Positions 10,101-17,583 of a DNA stretch of 64,000 bases are shown in pieces. Source of the stretch: an uncultured Verrucomicrobiota bacterium (lineage in GTDB: Bacteria > Verrucomicrobiota > Verrucomicrobiia > Limisphaerales > UBA1319); NCBI GenBank assembly GCA_903845125.1, contig CAIMWS010000526.1, positions 429-64,428 on the forward strand, in the 5' to 3' direction. Made by a program: the position numbers and the translations under genes. Within the stretch, counting starts at the first letter, position 1. Each line of letters starts with the position of its first letter. Under the pieces are notes generated by a model. It had not been told where the DNA came from and searched no databases. It was given only the letters and a program-made list of their open reading frames with translations.

Positions 10101-10257
10101 GCTCAGCTTGCACCGGCTGATCGCCTGGGTGGATGCCTGCTGCCCCTTCATGGGGGAGGAGGAACTGCGCGGATTGGGTGATCCGGAGTTCGCGGGCATC
10201 GACCGGCTGCCAATCCACCCGCGGGTAGCCTCGGCGCCGATCATTGAACGCCCGTGA
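7162..10257 (+). CDS. secreted multidomain protein: galactose-binding-like domain, TolB/PD40-like beta-propeller, two CxxCH heme motifs (HzsA-related type)
   Basis: Hydrophobic signal LFPLVLLAFGWATGAAP. FRCQFEIPGEVRSAELRLAADD..GRNVLAVRAEN is a GH2/rhamnosidase-N-like sugar-binding fold. LNLDGTGLKQLTDSEYDDIDPIYLPDGHILF is a PD40-like repeat. CVGCH lies at 9649..9663 and CISCH at 9799..9813. Confidence 0.7.
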   Translation: MFSQPRHFDRPQIIFPPAIPGFVLKPKPKKNNLGTGKAIFRLCRLFPLVLLAFGWATGAAPAPSSGPAPGTPVTRALAPDEARQRMEKDWLFQAMGEPLLPRTIKEIGWSRDLVRRLSLARADSAWKGFLRELEGLEQQAAALAGKPAAGRVAIPTQVTPSWIWFPEGQPAQDAPAAARFFRCQFEIPGEVRSAELRLAADDMGEAFLNGTRVGLQETWQRAAVFPAGGLVRSGRNVLAVRAENRPAPSKNPAGLIVRLTVKLAGGGLLDFVSGTNWRAEKVEIPQWQEPGFDDAAWSPAAIAAPFGAGPWGKIAGLQGPVFEDDPESFYAETTPAVRDLYFTVNRLKREIMMKNPALNFSQILLIDQPLPQGPESLHEAIHRMGIMAVPGGRLLVLDGLHPGGQVRQLAPEKPGSFWRPDLSFDTRRVVFCFKPHDEKSFHLYELNLDGTGLKQLTDSEYDDIDPIYLPDGHILFTTTRGNSYVRCGPFIYSYILARCDADGSNVYLVSYNGEPDFVPSLLADGRVIYSRWEYSDKPLWRLQKLWTTRQDGTGTAHFWGNQSVWPDHLSEPRQIPGSRRVMFSGVGHHDWWSGSIGIVDPDQGRDFPHGLTKVTADLPWPEVTQPPQDPRESADYHASGKFTGYKTAYPLSAEDFLVSARGSGNKFRLYLMDVHGNRTLVYDGAYNTWHALPVVARATPPVQPDRVAWPGTGKNRKPVEPGVFYSGDICQGVPDLPRERVKYLRVFQLDYKTYSTWNKSYRHSGPAVSIVQEEGVKRILSEVPVEADGSVYFKAPAGRALFFQLLDADRRCLQTMRSFTGLLPGEQRGCVGCHEMHSTAPSPAAGLALRRPPTELSPPPWGEESISYERFAQPVLDRYCISCHRSQAGESAEPNLVLRPGVNVFKEPYLTLVGHAGWGNPVGKGRPGYGIAGAIPVESAYDQNDPKALVTLRPLQYLAGASHLVDLAASGKHHGVKADPLSLHRLIAWVDACCPFMGEEELRGLGDPEFAGIDRLPIHPRVASAPIIERP

Positions 10258-12234
10258 TTACCTGGCTTCCCGGACCAGCACTTGCCGCTGGCCGGCGTAT
10301 TCGTAAACGACTTGGGCCGGATTGATGGCCAGGATAACGATCCCGTCCACTTTTTCGCCCCGGCCCACAATCTGCCCATTGATGATCGCCCGCGGATTAT
10401 TGCGGTTATACATGATGGCTTGCAGTTTAAGCGGTGGAGGAGTGGCGCGGGAGATGGCCGGCGCCACGGCTGGGCCGGAGGCCGGGGCTGCAACCCGGGA
10501 AACCGGATCGACTGCCGCCACATTCCCGGTTCCCGGGGATGGATCCCGGACGGAACTGGCGATACGGGCGGGAGTCGCTGGTGGCAGTGGAGCCGCCGGG
10601 ATCGCCTGGTTCGTGGCCGGAGCGGCCACCTGCAGATTCGTGGAGGCGGTATTGGCGCCGGGCGGCCCGCCATTGGTACTAGTGGCAGCCACATTGGTGG
10701 CGGCCGCAGCGTTGGAGACCACCAGGGAAACCGCCTGCCCAGACGTGGTGGATTTCTGGGTGGGAGCCACGGCCGATGCCGGCCGTTTTAATTTCAGGGG
10801 AGATTTGGAAGCCCCAGCCGGTTGGTTTTCCACGGTCGGCCTCGCCGGCCAATAAAACCACGCCAAGGCGGCGGTGACCAGCAGCAACGGCAAAAAAATC
10901 AGATGCCACCGGGCGTCTTTGACTTGGCCGGGGCTCTCCAGGCGGAGGTTGGGTAAATCCATAGCACCGGCTTTTGGCGGAGGGGCCGACTCCGAGGGCT
11001 CGGTGGCCGGAGGCGCCGGTTTGGGAACCGGCTTGGGGGCTGGCGTCTGGCCCGCCAATTCCCGCCATTCGGTGAGCCGGTGCAGCAAGCCGAGTCCGTC
11101 CAGGTAATTTTCATCCACCGGGCTTTGCGGCACGGCTTGGTCCTTTTGGCTTTCGGCCTCCAAGGCATTGGCGACGTGCAGTGCGGTCAGAACGCCAAAA
11201 TGGTGGTTGGGCGATTTGTCAGGGGTGTGATGGTAAGCCACCGCCTCAACCACCTCGAATGGCAGGCCCCACAAGCCCAGTAGATAGGCCCCGAGTTCGG
11301 CATGGGAGGCGCCAAATATTTCCTGCTCCAAATCCACCTGGGACATCCCGGTCTTGCCCACCAGGCGCCGCACACCGTCGTATTGCTCCTCGAAGTTATT
11401 AGCCAGGATCAACTGGCCGACGTCGTGCAGGAGCCCGGCCGTGAACGTCAGCTGGGCCTGGCCGGATTCGGACTGCTCCACCTTGATGATTTTGAGGGCG
11501 GTCTGGGCCACCGCGGTGCTGTGCTTCCACAGCCGGTCGATCGAAAAATAAAGCGGCTTTATCTTGTCGAATTGCGAATAAAGCTGGATGCCCAGCACCA
11601 GGGAGTTGATGGTCTGTAGGCCCAGCAATCCCACCGCCTCCTTTAAATCCGTGATTTCCCTCGGCAGGCCGTAGAACGCCGAGTTGATGACATGCAGGAT
11701 TTTGGTGGTCATCGACATATCCCGCGCCAGGGCTTCACCCAACTCGTCGGTGGAGGTGTTGGGCGAACGCAGCAGTTTCATGACCTCCAGGTAAAGGCTG
11801 GGGATGGTGGGGAAACTGCGGACCTGGGCGGCCAGTTTTTTCAGGCGCGCACTCTTCAAGAGCGAACTCAGATTCACTGAACGCTGGATGGCAGCGAGCA
11901 AGGTGGATGGTTCGCAAGGCTTGGAAAGGAACTGGTGGGATCCCATCACACAGTTGACCAACTGGTTGCGGTCGCTGCCATCAGCGATGATCAGCCGCAG
12001 GATATGCGGGTGTTTATCCCCCACCTCGGTCAAAAGCAAAACCCCATCGGCGGAGGGTTCGAACAAGTCGGCCACCAGGATGTCGACCGACGGTTCCTGG
12101 CTGACGATTTCCAGGGCCTCGGAAACGCTTCCGGCGGAAACCGTTTCCCAATCCGGCCCCAAAGCAAGGAGGGACTTCTGCATCAGCTCCAACTGGGCCG
12201 GCATGTCGCTGACCACCAGCAATCGATTACCCAT
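10258..12234 (-). CDS. response-regulator receiver + HDOD domain + TM segment + GspB-like C-terminal domain
   Basis: REC domain: LLVVSDMP..ILVADLFEP..LSKP. HDOD domain: FPTIPSLYLEVMKLL...ILHVINSAFYGLPREI..AGLLHDVG. TM segment WHLIFLPLLLVTAALAWFYW at 10849..10908, followed by an Ala/Pro/Thr-rich linker. C-terminus LKLQAIMYNRNNPRAIINGQIVGRGEKVDGIVILAINPAQVVYEYAGQ at 10261..10434. Start at ATG 12234. Confidence 0.8.
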   Translation of the reverse strand: MGNRLLVVSDMPAQLELMQKSLLALGPDWETVSAGSVSEALEIVSQEPSVDILVADLFEPSADGVLLLTEVGDKHPHILRLIIADGSDRNQLVNCVMGSHQFLSKPCEPSTLLAAIQRSVNLSSLLKSARLKKLAAQVRSFPTIPSLYLEVMKLLRSPNTSTDELGEALARDMSMTTKILHVINSAFYGLPREITDLKEAVGLLGLQTINSLVLGIQLYSQFDKIKPLYFSIDRLWKHSTAVAQTALKIIKVEQSESGQAQLTFTAGLLHDVGQLILANNFEEQYDGVRRLVGKTGMSQVDLEQEIFGASHAELGAYLLGLWGLPFEVVEAVAYHHTPDKSPNHHFGVLTALHVANALEAESQKDQAVPQSPVDENYLDGLGLLHRLTEWRELAGQTPAPKPVPKPAPPATEPSESAPPPKAGAMDLPNLRLESPGQVKDARWHLIFLPLLLVTAALAWFYWPARPTVENQPAGASKSPLKLKRPASAVAPTQKSTTSGQAVSLVVSNAAAATNVAATSTNGGPPGANTASTNLQVAAPATNQAIPAAPLPPATPARIASSVRDPSPGTGNVAAVDPVSRVAAPASGPAVAPAISRATPPPLKLQAIMYNRNNPRAIINGQIVGRGEKVDGIVILAINPAQVVYEYAGQRQVLVREAR

Positions 12235-12636
12235 ATCTGTATTCTTTCGGTTACTTGAACGGGCTAGCCTGCTTAAGCGTGTTCCGCTGCCGGGCATTAT
12301 GGCTTTATCAATGGCCAAAAGCGAGGTATTTCTGCGCGGCTTTTGGAACTGGCGGGCCGGCGTTTAAAGCCTGATCGAGGTGAGAAAAATCGCCGGTTCA
12401 GGGAGTGGGCCTGCCTAGGCCGTGTCCAGGGCATCAGCTCCGGCGTGCTGGCGGGAGCTTGTTGTACAAGACATTCACCATTTGACACTTACAGATCTGC
12501 CAATGAGCGGCGCCTTGATGCATGCGTCCACCTAAATCCGCATAACGGGCCGGCCAATCTTGGACCCATGGGGCCTGGCGTATAATTCGCCAGCGGCAAC
12601 CGTTTGGGATCTGGCCACAAACCCAATGAGACGATT

Positions 12637-14766
12637 TCAATCCTTGGCTGGCCGGATTTTGATGGTCCACCCAATGGATTCCCCGGCTTTCACCCGGACG
12701 GGAAGACCCGTGAGGAGGTCATGGCCGCCGTGGATGGTTTCGGTGCCGCCGGGCAGAGCCTGGATGGCGAAGCGCGCCTCAGGCGCGATGGTGAACCATT
12801 CCGGGAACTGGTTGATGCGCGGATAGTCCAGGGGCAGGTGGAGGTAATCGCGGTGGCGGGCACGGTCAAAAACCAACCGGCCTTCCCAAGGTTGGTCTGC
12901 CGCCAAAAAGAGGCGCAGGCTGCCGTCGGGGTCCCGGACCGCCCCGAAACGGACATCCAGGCGCCAGGGATCGATGGTGATGCCCTGGGTTTTCCACAGG
13001 GCATACATGAGGGAGGTGCGGGCGAAATTGCCATCTCCGTGCCAGCCTTCAATGATCCCATTGGATTTCTGCTTGGACCACATGACGCGCATTTCGCTGT
13101 CGATCCAGACGGCAGCCGGGAGGATCGGCTCGCGGTTGAATAAATTGATGCCGCCTTCGATCGAATCGGCGTAGCCATCGGCGCTTTCACCCTCCCAGGG
13201 ATAATTCCGGTAAAAGGCATCGAGATTGCCCAGCGCTTTCCGGGTGGCATCGCGGTAGACAATCGTGTGGTCCAGCAGATACATGGTATAAAAACCGTCG
13301 TAATCGTAACCCCAAGTATCCGCCAGGCTGCGGGAATGGGCGCCGGTTTGCGGTTGGACCCAGTCGTAAAGCAGGCCGTGCTCGTTGCGCCCCACTTCCA
13401 GGATGCGGTCGAACATTTCGTGCAGCAACGGTTGGTAGGCGGCGGCCTTGGCGGGACGCGCGGAGCGCGCCGCCAGGTAAAGCTCGGTCAGGCCGTTGAT
13501 GACTTCACAGCCGTGGTCCCGCAACCGCAGTTCCTTCAGGTGGCGCGTGGGATGGTTGGTGCCCAGCAGGTAGTAATCGCCCAAGCGCAAGGTCCAATCC
13601 AGATACTTGGGATCCCCGGTAAACCAGTAGAGCCTGGCCCCGGCTTGGAGGAGGTCGCCATTGACCTCAAAATTCAGGGTGGCGATCCGGCCAAAGGGAG
13701 TGTCGATGCGGGCATTTTTCCAGATGTCATCGACGATGCCGGTCATTCGTTCCGACCAGGGGCTTGGCCCCAGCCATTCGGTCACCGGCAACAGCCCGTC
13801 TTTGACGTATTCGGCGCCGTCGAAAATGATTTCGTCCAGATCCAGCTTTTCGCGGCGCCAACCTTGCTTGCTGAAGGAGTAATCGTCCGGGAGGCGGTCG
13901 ATCCGGCTGGTGAGGCGCTGTTCCGTGCGGAGGATGGTGAGTAATCGCCCGGCGAGCAGGGGGCGATCGATCATCGCCGCCGTCAGCACCATGAAGGGGT
14001 AATTATCGGCCCCGCTATCGCGGCCATTCCAATAATCACGGCTCACGGTCAGGTTGCGGGGAATCAGGCCGGAGACCGGGTCGGCCTCGGCGAGCCAGGC
14101 ATCCATATACCGCCGGCAGCGGTAAAAGGCCTCATTGGCGTGACGTGCGTTTTGCTCCGCCTGGCGGAAACGGAGGTCTTCCGGGCTGGCCAGGTCAAGG
14201 CTTATGGAAGGACGATCCCACACGGTGCGCAGGGCTGGGAAAGCTTCATTGGCCAGGATTGTGGCTTTTTGGGCTGGTTGCGACAAGGCGGCGGGAGCGG
14301 TGTTTGTGGCCGGGGAAGTCAGCCGGATCTCCGCCAAAAAGGCGGCGTTCTTGTGGGCGTTGAGGGTGAGCCTATGGCGGTCCCCCGGGAGCCCCTCGGG
14401 CACTGGCACCCGCAGCCAGCGGAAGCCACGGTAACCGCCGCCGGCGAGGGGGATCGTGTGGCCGTTGATCTCGAGGATGGCTTCGCGTGCATCGTCCTTG
14501 GATCCCCACCTGAGCTCCAGGGCGCAGCCGGGCTGGGGCGGCACGGCGAACTCCAGCCGCAAACCGCCCCGGCCAAGCCAATAATAGGGGATGCCGGTGT
14601 AAGACTCGCCACCGTGGGCGAACCGCACCCAAGCCGCCGCGTGAGCGGAGTCGGGTTGGTCAAGCCATTGGGTGGCAGCGGGGAGCAGGGCCGCCGATAA
14701 TAAGAAAAGGCTGGGGATGGCTCCGAGCCAGCGGGGCCTCGCGGCAAGGGAATAGTGGGGGCTCAT
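12637..14766 (-). CDS. secreted protein of unknown family, probably an alpha/alpha-toroid carbohydrate-active enzyme
   Basis: 709-aa ORF with signal peptide (LGAIPSLFLLSAALLPAAT), coding-like composition and no recognisable catalytic motif. Its start is 9 nt downstream of the stop of 14776..16959. Confidence 0.55.
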   Translation of the reverse strand: MSPHYSLAARPRWLGAIPSLFLLSAALLPAATQWLDQPDSAHAAAWVRFAHGGESYTGIPYYWLGRGGLRLEFAVPPQPGCALELRWGSKDDAREAILEINGHTIPLAGGGYRGFRWLRVPVPEGLPGDRHRLTLNAHKNAAFLAEIRLTSPATNTAPAALSQPAQKATILANEAFPALRTVWDRPSISLDLASPEDLRFRQAEQNARHANEAFYRCRRYMDAWLAEADPVSGLIPRNLTVSRDYWNGRDSGADNYPFMVLTAAMIDRPLLAGRLLTILRTEQRLTSRIDRLPDDYSFSKQGWRREKLDLDEIIFDGAEYVKDGLLPVTEWLGPSPWSERMTGIVDDIWKNARIDTPFGRIATLNFEVNGDLLQAGARLYWFTGDPKYLDWTLRLGDYYLLGTNHPTRHLKELRLRDHGCEVINGLTELYLAARSARPAKAAAYQPLLHEMFDRILEVGRNEHGLLYDWVQPQTGAHSRSLADTWGYDYDGFYTMYLLDHTIVYRDATRKALGNLDAFYRNYPWEGESADGYADSIEGGINLFNREPILPAAVWIDSEMRVMWSKQKSNGIIEGWHGDGNFARTSLMYALWKTQGITIDPWRLDVRFGAVRDPDGSLRLFLAADQPWEGRLVFDRARHRDYLHLPLDYPRINQFPEWFTIAPEARFAIQALPGGTETIHGGHDLLTGLPVRVKAGESIGWTIKIRPAKD

Positions 14767-14775
14767 AGTATGATA

Positions 14776-16959
14776 TCAATAGGTTATTTCCAAGGCCAAG
14801 GCTTGCCGGGCTGGCAAGTTTTGGGTCCAGGTGAAGGATCCTTCATGGCGGACGGGGCCGGCCACGGCGCCAGTGGCATTGCAGGTGGTCACGGACACGG
14901 GCGCGTTACCCAGGCCGTAAACGGCCGGAGCGAAGCGCCAGACCGTGTCCACCGGAGCTTCGCTGACGTTGACGAAGAAGCAAACCAGGCGTTTTTCCGC
15001 CGGGATTTGCCAGGCTCCCGTGAGGACGGCACTGGTGGTCACCCACCAATCCTTGGACCACTGCCAGTCGGCTTTCACGGTGGGCAGGGTTCCTTCCAGG
15101 CCGGGCGGACGGGCCATTTGGCCAGTGTTGAAGAAACGGTTGAACAAGGCCCGCAGCCGGACCATTTGGCGGAAAAACTCCTTTTCCGGATCCTGGACCA
15201 GGCCGGGATCCAGCCAGCCGAGCTGCTCGCCGAAAACCAACTGCTGGCCCGCCTTCATGCGCAGGGCGGCGGCTGGGGTGGGGCCGCCGCGGTAGGCGCG
15301 GCCGAACATTTGGATAGTCCCCCCGTAAACCGCCGGGAAGGCGGGCACCTGGCCGTCGTGCTGCCAGTGCCAGGTCAGGTAGCCATCGAACCAGCGGATG
15401 AATGGCTCGCCATTGCACTCGGTGGTGAGCATGGCCCCGGGTGGCATGGCGTGGCGGATGCCCGCAAGCATATTCCAATAGCCCTCATTCCACCAATGCC
15501 CGCCGCCCAGGGGATGGCCATGGGTGGGGTCCATGCAGGCCACCGGCGTGGCGGCGGCCACCTGGTCGATGTAAACCGCCTTGGTGCCCGCTTCCTGCAA
15601 CAGCCGCAGCACAATATTACTGACCGTGGCCTGCCAGAGAGCGGTGGCCGGGCACATCACGGCCAGGGTCACCGGCTCGCCGTTGGTTTCCTTGCTTCCG
15701 TAACGTTCCACGATCGGTTTTCCAGCCAGGTCTTTGGCCGCTGCCGCCAAAGCTTTGGCGGCAAACTCGAAATCCCCGGCACCCCGGTCGTGGGTGTCCC
15801 ACAATCGGCCGTTGATATAGGGCATCGCGAATACGCGGGCAGCCTGCAGGTTGGCCACCCCCTCGGGAAAACCATCCTTGGCGGGAAAGTAGTGGGGGTA
15901 GTCGTTATCGAACGGGATCTGATGCCAGTTATACCAATGGTAGCCCACGGGCACCCCCAGGAATTCCTGGAAGGTTTTTACCGCGGGCACACAGCTGGCG
16001 GGGGGGCCGCCGCTCATGCCCCAGGCGTTCAGCTCGCGCATCCAGGCCGGGGTGTCCATCCGCCCTTCCGGCCCTAAACGCGGCCACCAGCGGGCCTCCG
16101 TGGAGGCCCATTCCCGGTAGATCCGGGCGGCATCAAACCAATCTCCACGCAGGATCCGCCAGACCGCCTCGCCGCACAATTCAAACCCGGTTCCCGGCTG
16201 GCCCAGGCCAGGGGTGGGATGCTCAAAGCCGAGGCGCAGGCTGCGGGTGGCGGGATCGCTGGCCAGGAGGAGATGCTTGAAACTGCCCCACGGATCGTGC
16301 ATGGCCGCGTAAAGGCCGGTGGGCCTGGCGGGGGAACCGTAAACCGCCATATATTGCATGGCGCACCAGGCATCGGTGTAATTGCCCCGGTAGGCGAATG
16401 GCCGGCCCCAGACGCCGCGCTGCACTTCCCCGGGACCCCGCGGGAAAAAGGCGGCGCCCGATTCGCCGAGGTCCGCGATGGCCAATTGCGGGAAGTTGGC
16501 CCGGGTGAGGCCCCAGGCCTGGCTGGTGTTGTTCACCCGCAGGCGCCAGTGCCAGGCGTTCAACCGGGGCTGCGCGGTGGCGGTGGCCGCCACTGAAATG
16601 CCAGCCATGGCCTCGTCCAGAGGCTGCTCCCAGCGCAGGGTGAATCCGTTCGAGCCGGCCGCCAGCGCGACGCTGCTCCAGCCGGCATCCGCGGCCAAGG
16701 CAGCTTCCCGGCCGTCGGTAGCCCGCCGCAGCTTCAGTTCAAACAATGGGGGGCCGCTGGCGGCGAGCAAATCCACCTTTTCGCGCCGGTCGAACAGGTG
16801 CGTAACCCGGATTCCGTTGGTGACCGAACGGAGCCCGATTTCCAGATCCCCTGCGGCCGATTGGAAGTCGGGCGGAGGCGAGGCCGCCGGGACTGCTTGC
16901 GCAGGGAAAAACAACATGCCCAGCAGCCAGCCAAAAGTCATGAAACAGTGTGATCGCAT
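14776..16959 (-). CDS. secreted protein of unknown family, possible glycoside hydrolase
   Basis: Start trimmed to ATG 16959 (MRSHCFMTFGWLLGMLFFPAQAVPAAS, signal peptide). The Trp/Tyr-rich core YHWYNWHQIPFDNDYPHYFPAKDGFPEGV resembles TIM-barrel GH-like DUFs. The function is not established. Confidence 0.55.
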   Translation of the reverse strand: MRSHCFMTFGWLLGMLFFPAQAVPAASPPPDFQSAAGDLEIGLRSVTNGIRVTHLFDRREKVDLLAASGPPLFELKLRRATDGREAALAADAGWSSVALAAGSNGFTLRWEQPLDEAMAGISVAATATAQPRLNAWHWRLRVNNTSQAWGLTRANFPQLAIADLGESGAAFFPRGPGEVQRGVWGRPFAYRGNYTDAWCAMQYMAVYGSPARPTGLYAAMHDPWGSFKHLLLASDPATRSLRLGFEHPTPGLGQPGTGFELCGEAVWRILRGDWFDAARIYREWASTEARWWPRLGPEGRMDTPAWMRELNAWGMSGGPPASCVPAVKTFQEFLGVPVGYHWYNWHQIPFDNDYPHYFPAKDGFPEGVANLQAARVFAMPYINGRLWDTHDRGAGDFEFAAKALAAAAKDLAGKPIVERYGSKETNGEPVTLAVMCPATALWQATVSNIVLRLLQEAGTKAVYIDQVAAATPVACMDPTHGHPLGGGHWWNEGYWNMLAGIRHAMPPGAMLTTECNGEPFIRWFDGYLTWHWQHDGQVPAFPAVYGGTIQMFGRAYRGGPTPAAALRMKAGQQLVFGEQLGWLDPGLVQDPEKEFFRQMVRLRALFNRFFNTGQMARPPGLEGTLPTVKADWQWSKDWWVTTSAVLTGAWQIPAEKRLVCFFVNVSEAPVDTVWRFAPAVYGLGNAPVSVTTCNATGAVAGPVRHEGSFTWTQNLPARQALALEITY

Positions 16960-17250
16960 GGGGGGAATTATGACGGAAAGCAAATGGTCCCGCAACCAGT
17001 AAGGAGGCGCCGGGCAGTATGGCGCGCTCGTTACGATCACACGGGATAGGCGCCGTTATGCGCCGTCCGCATAAGCGCCTCGGGTGCGCCTTGCCAGCCA
17101 TCAAAATTCCTGCCCCATATTGGAATGGTTTTTTCCCTGTGGGGCTCCTGACTGGCAACGGCCTCAACGCTTCCCCCCGGCGGAAAAACACCGGCTATGG
17201 CAGCGGTAAAAAAGCCTTTTTGCCGCTGCTTGGAGGCGGACAGGTGCGGT

Positions 17251-17490
17251 TCAGTGGCAATGAGGGCCACCGCCGCAACAGGTGCCGGTCGTTTTGGCGG
17301 AACAGGAGGCCGCGTCCGGGCAGCACTCACCACCCGGACTGGCAGCAACCGAGGAGGCGAACAGGGACAGTTTTTTCTCCAGCTTTTTCGAGCCGCAATG
17401 CGGACAAGCCGTGCCCTCCCAGCGGGAGGACCGGACCAGGATTTCGCTTTCCTTACTGCACTTTTGACAAACAAATTCGTAAATCGGCAT
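17251..17490 (-). CDS. FmdB-family zinc-ribbon protein
   Basis: MPIYEFVCQKCSKESEILV...CPHCGSKKLEKKLS is the CxxC..CxxC FmdB signature. It has a Cys/Gly-rich tail. Confidence 0.85.
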   Translation of the reverse strand: MPIYEFVCQKCSKESEILVRSSRWEGTACPHCGSKKLEKKLSLFASSVAASPGGECCPDAASCSAKTTGTCCGGGPHCH

Positions 17491-17583
17491 AGGCTCAAGA
17501 TAGGCAAAGCAGGGAAAAGCTCAAGTGCGGAGGCGGCGGGAAAATTCCAGTTCCCAACCGCGCCGCCCAAACGCAAGGATGGA

